Below are positions 46,757-55,787 of a stretch of DNA of 64,000 bases, piece by piece. A program made the position numbers and the translations under genes. Positions within the stretch are counted from its first letter, which is position 1; the number at the start of each line of letters is the position of its first letter. Location of the stretch: the NCBI GenBank assembly GCA_035626215.1, contig DASPOD010000041.1:34043-98042 (forward strand), written 5' to 3'. The notes under the pieces were generated by a model. The model was given only the letters and a program-made list of their open reading frames with translations. It was not told the origin of the DNA and did not search any database. Source of the stretch: Thermoplasmata archaeon (lineage in GTDB: Archaea > Thermoplasmatota > Thermoplasmata > Lutacidiplasmatales > UBA184).

Positions 46757-47673
46757 GCGGTTCCGACCGCCGGCCCCGCCTCCTCCTGGTGGGCGGAGGG
46801 TCCGGTCTCGTGGGCCGTCATCTGCTCGCGGAATTTTCTACGGATTGGGACATCCTCTCGGTTCATCGGCACCCGTCGCCCGCCGAGCGAGCGGCCGGCG
46901 CGAAGTTCCACCCGGCGGACATCGCGCAGGTGACGGATTGGACTTCGCTCCTCGACGGCGTGGACCTCGTAGTAAACGTGGCGTGGTACCGGGCCGGGCA
47001 ACTGCGTCGGTTCCGTCCCCTGGCGGAAGGGATCCTGCGTCTCGTGGCCGAGGCGGACCGTCGGCACACCCCCCGGTTCGTTCACGTAAGCGTTCCGGAC
47101 TCCCCGGCGTCGCTCGAGACCGGCCTTCCGTACATGTTTGAGAAGCGACGCATCGACCGAGCGATCGAGGCGAGCGGCCTATCGTACGCTATCGTGCGGC
47201 CGACGATGCTGTTCGCTCCGCGCGACAAGCTCGTCACGGTGATGCTTCGGACGATGCACCGGTACCATCGATTCCCGATGTTCGGAAGCGGTGACTACCA
47301 CATCAGTCCCCTCGCCGCATCCGATTTCGCACGGGTCGTCCGGGTCGAGGCCGCGCGCTCCGACCGCCGGAACGTGATGATCGGCGGCCCGAAGCGATGG
47401 CGTTACCGGGACCTTACGGACGCGATGTTCGGCGCGCTCCGCCTCCGACCCAGGTATTTCTCGCTCTCGCCCCGGAGTGCCGTCCGCCTGGCCCGGCTCC
47501 TCGAGATGATGGGCTCAACCCTACTCTATGTGTACGAAGTGGAGTGGCTGTTGTCGGACATGCTCGGTCTGCCTCCGTATCCGGGTCTTCCCTCCCCACT
47601 GAGACCGGTGGAACCGTTCCTCGCTGAGGAGGCCGCACGTCTCCGCGGAACCCAGCATTCCAGCCGAGGGTAA
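46753..47673 (+). CDS. NAD(P)-binding Rossmann protein (NmrA / atypical SDR-like)
   Basis: LLLVGGGSGLVGRHL glycine-rich loop. ATGA overlap with lipB. Confidence 0.65.
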   Translation: MSGSDRRPRLLLVGGGSGLVGRHLLAEFSTDWDILSVHRHPSPAERAAGAKFHPADIAQVTDWTSLLDGVDLVVNVAWYRAGQLRRFRPLAEGILRLVAEADRRHTPRFVHVSVPDSPASLETGLPYMFEKRRIDRAIEASGLSYAIVRPTMLFAPRDKLVTVMLRTMHRYHRFPMFGSGDYHISPLAASDFARVVRVEAARSDRRNVMIGGPKRWRYRDLTDAMFGALRLRPRYFSLSPRSAVRLARLLEMMGSTLLYVYEVEWLLSDMLGLPPYPGLPSPLRPVEPFLAEEAARLRGTQHSSRG

Positions 47674-47705
47674 TTTTAAGCCCGACAGTAGCCATCGGTG
47701 AGGCA

Positions 47706-48629
47706 ATGGAAGCTGTCGACCTCAGCCGGAGGCTCGCCGATTTCGCTCAAGTCGCCGGAGAAGTACTGCGGGACGTCCAGGACGTCACCGAGCAACAAAT
47801 TCGGCACTGGATCGTGAACCCGTTTCTGGTCGCCCTCGGATGGGACCCGCACGACAAAAAGCAGGTCTATTTCGACTACCCGTCGGCGGGCACGGACGGT
47901 CACATCGACTACGCCCTCCTGAACACCGAGGGCAAACCCGGGCTGTTCCTCGATGTCCGCGAGAGGACGGCGAACGTCACGGAACCCGGGTCGATCGTCG
48001 AAGCGGCGAAAGGCGCCAAGGTCCCGCTGGTCGTCCTCACCAACGGACGGGAGTTCTCCCTGTGGTACGTGCCGGCGAACGAACCCGCCGCGCCCCTGTT
48101 CGTCCTGCCCCTGAAGGACCTCGCTGATAACTCCGAGAGCCTGCTCGGGCTGACAGTGGAGTACCGCCTCAGCGAGACGGGGACCCAGCAGCTGCGTCGC
48201 AGCGCGATCCGACTCGCCGTCCTCCAGATGCTGGAGGACAATGCCGAGAAGACCTTCGACGCGCTGGTCGACTGGGTTCAAGCGCAGGTCGCGCCGGGCG
48301 CCCTCGACGACACCACCCAGCAAGCCATCCGCGACGCCACGCTGATCTGGCTCACCGAGGAGCACCTCTCCATGCCCGCGTTCCAGCCGACCGAGGGAAA
48401 GCGGACGCACGAACTCACCCCTACCACTCCCCGTGACTGGGACGCATTCCCTCGCGGTCCCTCGGGGACGTTCCAGTACAAGTACGACTCTTCGAAGACG
48501 CTCGACCTCCGGCAGAGCGCGAAGGAAGTACGGGAACAGATGCGGTTGCAGGGTCTTCGGACCCCGACGGCGACCAGCTTCGGCGGGTTCTACCACGCGC
48601 TTCGGGCCCGGGCGGGCCTATCGAAGTAA
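47706..48629 (+). CDS. protein with N-terminal HsdR_N-like (PD-(D/E)xK-type) domain and uncharacterised C-terminal half
   Basis: TEQQIRHWIVNPFLVALGW...GHIDYALL...LFLDVRE...VVLTNGREFSLWYV follows the pattern of the type I restriction enzyme R N-terminal domain. Confidence 0.5.
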   Translation: MEAVDLSRRLADFAQVAGEVLRDVQDVTEQQIRHWIVNPFLVALGWDPHDKKQVYFDYPSAGTDGHIDYALLNTEGKPGLFLDVRERTANVTEPGSIVEAAKGAKVPLVVLTNGREFSLWYVPANEPAAPLFVLPLKDLADNSESLLGLTVEYRLSETGTQQLRRSAIRLAVLQMLEDNAEKTFDALVDWVQAQVAPGALDDTTQQAIRDATLIWLTEEHLSMPAFQPTEGKRTHELTPTTPRDWDAFPRGPSGTFQYKYDSSKTLDLRQSAKEVREQMRLQGLRTPTATSFGGFYHALRARAGLSK

Positions 48630-48666
48630 ACCGCCGGAAGGCGCCCTCGAAGCGGACCGGCACCGG

Positions 48667-49710
48667 CTAGAGTTCCCGGTCCGGTAGCACCAAGTGGCTA
48701 TCACCGAACTCGTGCCAAAGGTATCCGTTCCGGGCGGCGACCTGGTACGCCTGCCGGAGCCGAGCCTCTCCCACGAACGCCTCCAAAAGCGCGAGGTGGG
48801 TCGACCGTGCTTCGTGGAATCCGGTGATCAGCCCGTCGATCGAGCGGATGGGGCTCTGGGGGCGGAGATAGAGACGCGTGAACCCGCGGGTGGGCCGGAG
48901 ACCGCACGAGTCGGTCGCCGACTCGAGCGCCCGTACGACCGTGGTACCCACCGCAACGACCCGGCCTCCGCGCGAACGTGTACGGAGAATCGCCTCGACG
49001 GTGGCGGCGGGAACCTCGAACGGCTCGGGGTAGACGGGGACGGCGCCCGGTGGGAAGTCCGTGGTTTCCAAACTCGAGACTCCGGCGTGCAGCAGGATCG
49101 GAGCGATTCCGACGCCTCGCTCCCGGAGACGATTCACGAGCCGGTGAGAAAATGGCCGGGCGGCGCTCGGCATCTCGGCGCTTCCCGGGACTCGCGCGAA
49201 CACGGTCTGGTATTCCTCGAGAGGGAATTCGGAGGCTGCGTAACCGTAGCGGATCGGCACCCCGACCTGGCCCATTGCGGCTCGGAGGTCTCCCCTGGCC
49301 CGCAGGAACACGAGCCGGGGAATCCCCGGGAACTCGGCAACGAGGGTGCACGGCACACCCCCCACCTCCACGAGAGAACCCCCGTCGAGCGGGAGCGGGC
49401 CGGGTTGACCGAATCCCCATCGGGGCTCACCGACCCAAAGGTCGCCCCCGTACGGCGTAGAGAGATTCAGTCGAAAATCACCCAACGACGCGTGGGCGGG
49501 CAAGCTCGCTGGTACGGTGGCGCTCTCGTTGACGACCAGGAGGTCTCCGCACCGGAGCAGCGACGGAAGGTCGGAGAATAGGTGCCCGCGCTCCTCATCG
49601 GCCGCGCTCACGAGGAGCCGGACCTCGTCGCGGGCCACCCCCCTCGCTTCCGGGGGTCGGTCGGCCCCGGTACCCACGGGGATCTCGGGACGGCGGGAGA
49701 CGTCCGTCAT
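48667..49710 (-). CDS. QueA-like protein (S-adenosylmethionine:tRNA ribosyltransferase-isomerase family)
   Basis: GDLLVVNESATVPA, YQTVFARVPGSAEMPSAARPF, VVAVGTTVVRALESA, LITGFHEARSTHLALLEAF and YLWHEFGDSHLV parallel E. coli QueA blocks as I recall them. ATGA overlap with the SDR gene. Confidence 0.7.
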   Translation of the reverse strand: MTDVSRRPEIPVGTGADRPPEARGVARDEVRLLVSAADEERGHLFSDLPSLLRCGDLLVVNESATVPASLPAHASLGDFRLNLSTPYGGDLWVGEPRWGFGQPGPLPLDGGSLVEVGGVPCTLVAEFPGIPRLVFLRARGDLRAAMGQVGVPIRYGYAASEFPLEEYQTVFARVPGSAEMPSAARPFSHRLVNRLRERGVGIAPILLHAGVSSLETTDFPPGAVPVYPEPFEVPAATVEAILRTRSRGGRVVAVGTTVVRALESATDSCGLRPTRGFTRLYLRPQSPIRSIDGLITGFHEARSTHLALLEAFVGEARLRQAYQVAARNGYLWHEFGDSHLVLPDREL

Positions 49711-50450
49711 GGCTCCGGGATCTCCCACCGGTCCGACTGAGCTCGAAAGCGGTGACCGGAAACCTGTTCGTGGTCTTGATTCAGCAGCCACGCCCAGAAC
49801 GGCAGGGTGACCTCGGGCAGAGGACGATCGGAGATGTCCTCGCCGGGATAGGCCGCCTGGTGCATCGAAGTCCGCATGTCGCCGGGGTCGACACTGACGA
49901 CCGACACTCCGGAACCTTTCAATTCGTGCGCCAGGGTGAGCGAGACGAGGTCGAGGGCGGCCTTGCTGGCGCCGTAGCCGCCCCAGCCCGGATACCCTCC
50001 TACCGCCGCGTCGCTCGAGATGTTGACGACACAGCCTTGTGCCAACGTCAACAGCGGTAGCAGCCGTTGCGTCAACACGAGCGGTGCGAGCACGTTGACG
50101 CGGAGGATTCGCTCGAAGTCGTCGGCCCGGAGCTCCGAAAGGCGGGGCAGAGGTGACGGACCGAGCTCGCTCGCATTGTTCACGAGAAGGTCGAGCCGGC
50201 CGAACCGGGAGGCAGCCTGCTCAAGGGCAGACTGGGTGGCGCCATCGGTCACGTCTCCCGGCACCGCGAGGACCGTTGCCCCAGAGTTCGCGATAGCGGC
50301 AACCGCCTTCGAGAGGGCCGCGGGGTCGCGCGCGTTCACGATCACAAAGTGGCCCTGACGGGCGAGGAATTGAGCGAGGGCCGCCCCCAGACCACGGCTC
50401 GCCCCGGTGACGAGCGCAACGCGGGCCGAGGGTGAGTCACGGCCGCTCAT
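49707..50450 (-). CDS. short-chain dehydrogenase/reductase
   Basis: VALVTGASRGLGAAL, NNAS and YGASKAAL motifs. 4-nt overlaps on both sides. Confidence 0.85.
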   Translation of the reverse strand: MSGRDSPSARVALVTGASRGLGAALAQFLARQGHFVIVNARDPAALSKAVAAIANSGATVLAVPGDVTDGATQSALEQAASRFGRLDLLVNNASELGPSPLPRLSELRADDFERILRVNVLAPLVLTQRLLPLLTLAQGCVVNISSDAAVGGYPGWGGYGASKAALDLVSLTLAHELKGSGVSVVSVDPGDMRTSMHQAAYPGEDISDRPLPEVTLPFWAWLLNQDHEQVSGHRFRAQSDRWEIPEP

Positions 50451-51109
50451 CGGCCCTCCCTCCGCTCGCGGATCAGGAACCGACAAACTGAGTCTCCGGC
50501 CACCACTCGATGCGAGACCGCGACTCGGGCCTTGAGGAGCGACTCGAACATCCGACGCTCGGTTTCGCAAGCCTCCGGGTACTGGCGGGCGAGCGCGAGG
50601 ATCGGGCAATTGTGCTCGCGCAGCTCGACCGAGCCTCGCCGCCGGCCGGTGACCTCGGCCATGTACCCTCCCTCGGTCCGGACCCGAGCTAGCTCCGCCA
50701 CCCGGGAGGGGAGCGGACCCGAGCGAACGCGAGACCAATTCCGGTCGGAGACTTCGCCCGCCCGTTGGGTGAGGAGCTCCCCGACCGCCGCCCGACCGAG
50801 ACGCCGTTCGATGAAATTGAGGGCGCAGATCGACATCTCCGTGTACGCCTGGGGAAAGAGGGTGACGCCCTTTTCGGTCAAACGGAACAAAACGCGGGGT
50901 CGTCCCACATGTCCCGCCTGATAGGAACGCTCGACGAGTCCGTCGGTTTCGAGGCGTTGCATGTGACCGAGCGCGGCGACCTTCGAGATCCCGAGACCCT
51001 CGGCGACTTGGTCGAGCGACGCGTTCGGGGTCCGCTTGAGGAGCGTGAGAGCCGCGGAGCGGGAAGTGGAGGGAGCGGGAAAGGGATGGGTCTCGGGCGG
51101 GTCTGCCAT
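50447..51109 (-). CDS. winged-HTH transcriptional regulator (ArsR/SufR-like) with C-terminal Cys residues
   Basis: ASLDQVAEGLGISKVAALGHMQRLETDGLVER HTH. The C-terminal domain has NCPILALARQYPEAC (C-x12-C) and a later Cys. Confidence 0.65.
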   Translation of the reverse strand: MADPPETHPFPAPSTSRSAALTLLKRTPNASLDQVAEGLGISKVAALGHMQRLETDGLVERSYQAGHVGRPRVLFRLTEKGVTLFPQAYTEMSICALNFIERRLGRAAVGELLTQRAGEVSDRNWSRVRSGPLPSRVAELARVRTEGGYMAEVTGRRRGSVELREHNCPILALARQYPEACETERRMFESLLKARVAVSHRVVAGDSVCRFLIRERREGR

Positions 51110-51129
51110 GAAGGGCGGAACGTCCCCTT

Positions 51130-51139
51130 GATTTATACA
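51130..51139 (-). promoter_or_regulatory. TATA box (tgtataaatc on the minus strand) about 25 nt upstream of ATG 51109, followed by the most A/T-rich stretch of the window
   Basis: The sequence tttatacactatttccttaacaaattaaattaag stands out against the GC-rich background. Confidence 0.5.
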
Positions 51140-51249
51140 CTATTTCCTTAACAAATTAAATTAAGTCGAATACCGACGGCGTCGCGCGTGAGCTCTCTTC
51201 GACGGAAAATCGCAGCTTTTAATACGCATCGATGCGCATATATTTTCCG

Positions 51250-51468
51250 ATGACGGCCGATCGCCGAACGCACCCGTGCCTCCGGCGGGGGTGCCGCCAT
51301 CCTGATTCCGAGCACGTGGTCACACCCGAGCTCGCGGGCCCGGCCGAAATCGTCGTCTGGTGCTTCGTCTGCCAGCGCCATGAGACCCGCAGCCCTCGCC
51401 GGTGGTTTTTGGGCCGCTCGAATCGGTCGCCACCGGGCCCGGCGACTTTGGTCGGCCGTTCGGCATAG
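51250..51468 (+). CDS. possible small Cys-rich (zinc-finger-like) protein
   Basis: MTADRRTHPCLRRGCRHPD...WCFVCQRHE (CxxxxC ... CxxC). GC-rich third positions. A ttttaata box lies 26-33 nt upstream. An alternative ATG is at 51232. Confidence 0.3.
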   Translation: MTADRRTHPCLRRGCRHPDSEHVVTPELAGPAEIVVWCFVCQRHETRSPRRWFLGRSNRSPPGPATLVGRSA

Positions 51469-51508
51469 CCTCGCCGGGCCCTTCCCAGCGGTGAGCCCTC
51501 GACCGAGT

Positions 51509-52222
51509 TCAGAGTAACGCTGCGAAGTGGCCGATCAGCAATCCCGCCAGCCCCGACGCGAGACCGATCACCGTGATCCGCAGCCCGCTCCGCCAGATGG
51601 AGCCGGCGGTGACCCGGGCCTCGTACAGGCCAATCCCGAACAGCATGATGGCGCTCAGCACGGTCGCCACGATTGCCGACTGAACGAGCGAGAGTTCGGA
51701 GAAAAAGAACGGTACGAGCGGGACGAAGTGGCCGAGCACCGTGGCGAAACCCACCAACACGGCGCTCCGCCGCGGCGCCTCGGGCGGTACGTAGGAGAGA
51801 TTCAACTCGAACGCCATCATGAGGTCGAGCCAGGCCTTCGGCTTCGCCTCGATCCGCCGGAGCATCTCCTCGAGTTCGTCGCCCGCGTACCCCCAGTCCC
51901 GGAGGATCGTCCGGACCTCCTCCCGTTCGAGCTCGGGGACCTCCCGCATCTCGCGGATCTCCCGCTCCCGCTCCGACCGATAGAGCTGCATCCGAGAGTA
52001 GGTGGAGGTGTAGGCGACGGCCCCCATCGAGAGGGATTCGGCCCCGAGAGCGGAGAGGCCCGCGATGATCACGATTTCGGAGGTGACGTGCGAGCCCGGC
52101 GTCAAGCTGGCCGCAACGAGACCGAGGAGAATACCCAGGACGTTGACGAGACCGTCCTGGCTCCCGAGGATGAAGTCCGAGAGCAACGTCGGATGCGGAT
52201 GTTGCTCGCCGGCGGAATGCAT
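51509..52222 (-). CDS. VIT1/CCC1 family iron/manganese transporter
   Basis: FILGSQDGLVNVLGILLGL at the N-terminus, an acidic central helix region and C-terminal TMs. Confidence 0.8.
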   Translation of the reverse strand: MHSAGEQHPHPTLLSDFILGSQDGLVNVLGILLGLVAASLTPGSHVTSEIVIIAGLSALGAESLSMGAVAYTSTYSRMQLYRSEREREIREMREVPELEREEVRTILRDWGYAGDELEEMLRRIEAKPKAWLDLMMAFELNLSYVPPEAPRRSAVLVGFATVLGHFVPLVPFFFSELSLVQSAIVATVLSAIMLFGIGLYEARVTAGSIWRSGLRITVIGLASGLAGLLIGHFAALL

Positions 52223-52290
52223 GGGAGGGAAGGGTCACTCAGCGAGCCCGATAAGAGACTACCGATAGCGGGTGGCGGTTTGTGGGAACG

Positions 52291-52713
52291 TCACTTTCGA
52301 CGGTGCCGCCGCCACACGCGAAACCCGTCCGCGAGGATCCTCGCGTGGTCGAACGCCAGCGGCCGAGCCTTCCGGAGGGCCACCCAGGTCGCTGAGGAAG
52401 CATCATCCGCGCCCCTGGGAACTCCGCCCCGACCGGCCATCAAGAAGGCCACGCTGGTGGTGGGCTTCCGCGGGTCCCGGTCGGGTCCTGAGTAAACTCC
52501 GACGAGCCTTACCGGGCGGGCGGAGAGTCCAGTTTCTTCTCGAAGCTCACGAACGACGGCAGCTTCGACGGTCTCCCGCTGTTCTACGAAACCGCCCGGG
52601 AGCGCCCACATCCCCCGAAACGGCGGGCGGGCCCGTCGGACGAGAAGCACCTTGCCGCCTCGGATCCACACCGCGTCGACCGTGAGAGCGGGGTTGGCGT
52701 ACCGGGGAGACAC
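52291..52713 (-). CDS. NUDIX hydrolase
   Basis: Nudix box GMWALPGGFVEQRETVEAAVVRELREETGL. Confidence 0.85.
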   Translation of the reverse strand: MSPRYANPALTVDAVWIRGGKVLLVRRARPPFRGMWALPGGFVEQRETVEAAVVRELREETGLSARPVRLVGVYSGPDRDPRKPTTSVAFLMAGRGGVPRGADDASSATWVALRKARPLAFDHARILADGFRVWRRHRRK

Positions 52714-52850
52714 GCCGGCGGCAATACCATCCCGTATTAGGGGTCGACCGACAGAAGCCGATTCCCCGGACCGAGGGTTACGATGTCCGGAATTGTCCCC
52801 GGGCAGGGCACGGATAAGCGTTAAGGGTGGGAGCTCCGGTCTCGGGTTCG

Positions 52851-53897
52851 ATGCGCATCCTCCGCAGCAAGGCGCCCCTGCGGATCAGTTTCGCGGGCGG
52901 AGGGACCGACGTTTCCCCGTATCCCGAGGAGAAAGGGGGCGCCGTACTGAACTGCACGATCGACAAGTTTGCCTACGTGACCCTCGAGGGCTCGCCGGAT
53001 GGGGCCGGGTCAATCTCCGTCGAGTCCTTGGATTACGGTCTCACCCTCAACTTCGCCCGGCCCTCGGACATGGTGTACAACGGCGACCTCGACGTCGTCA
53101 AAGCCGCCGTCAAGGTGCTGCGGCCGGACGTCGGCGACGGGAGGACCAAGGACTCGTTCCACCTTTTCCTGCATTCCGACGCACCCCCCGGCACCGGCCT
53201 CGGCACATCGTCCACCATGTGCGTGGCGCTCGTGGGGGCCTTCCAACATTACCGGCGCGAGCCCTGGACGTCGTACGACGTAGCGGAGCTCGCCTACCGG
53301 ATCGAGCGGGAGGAGCTGGGACTCAAGGGGGGCCGCCAAGACCAGTACGCGGCCGCGTTTGGCGGGTTCAACTTCATGGAGTTCAGCGGCACGCGGACGA
53401 TCGTGAATCCGCTCCGGATCGACCCGGAGGTGGTGAACGAGCTCGCCTACCGGTTGTTGCTCTGCTATACCGGCTCGGGGCACTACTCGAACGACATCAT
53501 CGAACGCCAGCAGCGGAGCTACTCCGAAAAACGGGGCGACACCGTCGCCGCGCTCGACGCCACGAAGCAACTTGCGATCGACATGAAGAACGAGCTGCTG
53601 CGAGGGAATCTCGACGAGATGGGCCGACTCCTCGACGAAGGGTGGCAGCAAAAGAAACGGTTCACCGAGGGCATCTCGAACGAACGGATCGACGCGTTCT
53701 ACAACCGGGCCCGGGAGGCGGGGGCGATCGGCGGTAAGTTGCTCGGGGCCGGGGGTGGCGGATACATCCTACTGTTCTGCGACGTCGCCCGGCGCGCGAA
53801 AGTCGCGAAGGCGGTGCAGACCGCCGGGGGCCGAGTGACCGACTTTGCCCTAGAAACCGAGGGCCTTCAGACTTGGTCCGTGATGTCGGCCCGGTGA
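52851..53897 (+). CDS. GHMP-family sugar kinase (heptose-7-phosphate / fucose kinase-like)
   Basis: SKAPLRISFAGGGTDVSPY and PPGTGLGTSSTM (GHMP motif II). ATG at 52851; the track start is GTG 52827. Confidence 0.75.
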   Translation: MRILRSKAPLRISFAGGGTDVSPYPEEKGGAVLNCTIDKFAYVTLEGSPDGAGSISVESLDYGLTLNFARPSDMVYNGDLDVVKAAVKVLRPDVGDGRTKDSFHLFLHSDAPPGTGLGTSSTMCVALVGAFQHYRREPWTSYDVAELAYRIEREELGLKGGRQDQYAAAFGGFNFMEFSGTRTIVNPLRIDPEVVNELAYRLLLCYTGSGHYSNDIIERQQRSYSEKRGDTVAALDATKQLAIDMKNELLRGNLDEMGRLLDEGWQQKKRFTEGISNERIDAFYNRAREAGAIGGKLLGAGGGGYILLFCDVARRAKVAKAVQTAGGRVTDFALETEGLQTWSVMSAR

Positions 53898-53912
53898 GCG
53901 GGAGCCGCGACG

Positions 53913-54686
53913 ATGACCTCCGGCGCGGCGGAGCTCCCTCCGCCCGAACTCTCGATCGTCCTCGCGACGTTCAACGAGCGGGAGAACCTTCCCAGGTTGC
54001 TCGACCGTATCCGCGCGGTATCCCTCCCTCCGTGCGAAGTGCTCATCGTCGACGACGGCAGCACGGACGGAACCCGCGAGTACCTTGAATCGGCGGCTCG
54101 CTCCGACGCTCGGCTGCGGCCGATCTGGCACGAGGGCAAGCAAACCACCCTCCGAGCGCAGTGCCAGGGCATTTCGGACTCGCGCGGTCGTTTCATCATC
54201 ATCATGGACGCGGACCTCCAGCATCCCCCGGAGGTGCTGCCCGCGATGGTCCGCGCCCTCGAGGACGGGGCCGCGCTCGTCGTGGGCAGCCGCTATGCGC
54301 CCGGTGGCTCCGCCGGACCCCGAACATGGATACGGGCGGCGATCTCTCGGGGCGCGGAGTGGACGGCTAAAGTCGTCCTCCCCGAGGCGCGCGCAGTGAG
54401 CGACCCGGTTTCCGGGTTGTTCGGATTCCGTCGTGCGATTTTTCGGCCGATTCCTACCGACTGGAGGGGCTACAAGCTTCTCCTCGTGCTTCTCGTGATG
54501 GGCCGCGGACAGCGCGTCGCTGAGGTCGGTTATCCGTTCGAGCCACGTGCGAGCGGGTCGAGCAAGGTCACCGAGAACAGCCGGTTCGTTCGGTTCTTCC
54601 TGATGGAAGTCGCCCACGCTCGCCGATTCCGTCGCATCCTGGCGACGCTCCCGTCGACGGTCCCCGAGCCGGGGCAACGACTATAA
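53913..54686 (+). CDS. family 2 glycosyltransferase (dolichyl-phosphate hexose synthase-like)
   Basis: LSIVLATFNERENL, LIVDDGSTDGT and IIMDADLQHPP. Confidence 0.85.
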   Translation: MTSGAAELPPPELSIVLATFNERENLPRLLDRIRAVSLPPCEVLIVDDGSTDGTREYLESAARSDARLRPIWHEGKQTTLRAQCQGISDSRGRFIIIMDADLQHPPEVLPAMVRALEDGAALVVGSRYAPGGSAGPRTWIRAAISRGAEWTAKVVLPEARAVSDPVSGLFGFRRAIFRPIPTDWRGYKLLLVLLVMGRGQRVAEVGYPFEPRASGSSKVTENSRFVRFFLMEVAHARRFRRILATLPSTVPEPGQRL

Positions 54687-54759
54687 CACACCACCGGCGT
54701 CCGGTGCCGACCCGTTGCGTTTCAGCGCCACGGGGTCCCACCCCGGAGCGAAACGAACC

Positions 54760-55710
54760 ATGCGAATCTTGGTCACGGGAGGCTCCGGCTTCATCGGTCG
54801 ATTCCTGCTCCGATCCGCGCTCGAGCGAGGACACGAAGTGGTAGGCACGTGCCTCGGCGAGGGGGAGCTCCACAAGATTCCCGACGTTCCCGCCGGAGTC
54901 CGCTGGGAAACGCTCAACCTACGCGACCGCCCCGCCGTGGACCGGGTCGTGGACGCGGTCCGGCCCGAAGCGGTGTTCCACCTCGGCGCCCAGGCCTACG
55001 CCGGACGCGCTTGGCAGGCGCCCGTCGAAACGTTCGAGACCAACGTGCTCGGAACGGTTTACCTCTACGAAGCCCTGCGGCGTCGGCCACCGTCGCACGG
55101 CACCTTCGTAGCGTCCTCGGCGGCCGCGTACGGGGTCGTCGAGCGGCAGCCCACGACGGAAGAGGCCCTCCTGCGGCCGGTCAACCCCTACGGAGTCTCC
55201 AAGGCTTGCCAGGACATGCTATCGTTGCAGTATTCGTTGAACTTCGGCCTACGGATCGTACGGGGACGACTGTTCATTACCACCGGACCCGGCAAGACCG
55301 GCGATGCGCTCAACGACTTCGCGCAACGGGTCGCCGCCATCGAGCGAACCGGCCGACCGGGCAAACTCCGGGTGGGTAACCTCGAGGTCCGACGCGATAT
55401 CTCCGACGTCCGGGACATCGTTCGGGCTATCTGGGCCGTCTTCGAACAGGGCGACCCCGCGCAAGCGGTCAATATCGGGGCGGGTCAGAGTTACTCGATT
55501 CGCGCGGTCGCGGAGACCCTCGTACGGCTGGCCCGGGTCCCGGTGGCCCTCGAACCGGACCCGGCGCTCATCCGTCCCACGGACGAGGCGGAAATCCGCT
55601 CCGACATCACGCGGCTTCGAGCCCTGGGCTACAGCCCCACGATTCCGCTCGAGACGACCATCGAGGATTCGCTCGACTACTGGCGCAAGTTCGGCTCGGA
55701 CCCCGCTTGA
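54760..55710 (+). CDS. NAD-dependent sugar-nucleotide epimerase/dehydratase/reductase
   Basis: MRILVTGGSGFIG and the catalytic YGVSK. Confidence 0.85.
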   Translation: MRILVTGGSGFIGRFLLRSALERGHEVVGTCLGEGELHKIPDVPAGVRWETLNLRDRPAVDRVVDAVRPEAVFHLGAQAYAGRAWQAPVETFETNVLGTVYLYEALRRRPPSHGTFVASSAAAYGVVERQPTTEEALLRPVNPYGVSKACQDMLSLQYSLNFGLRIVRGRLFITTGPGKTGDALNDFAQRVAAIERTGRPGKLRVGNLEVRRDISDVRDIVRAIWAVFEQGDPAQAVNIGAGQSYSIRAVAETLVRLARVPVALEPDPALIRPTDEAEIRSDITRLRALGYSPTIPLETTIEDSLDYWRKFGSDPA

Positions 55711-55787
55711 GGCCTTCGAAACTCCTCCTTCGAGCTCCCACGGGGGAACGATAGGTTCTAAAGCTCCGAGCGGCCCTTCCTCGCTCG

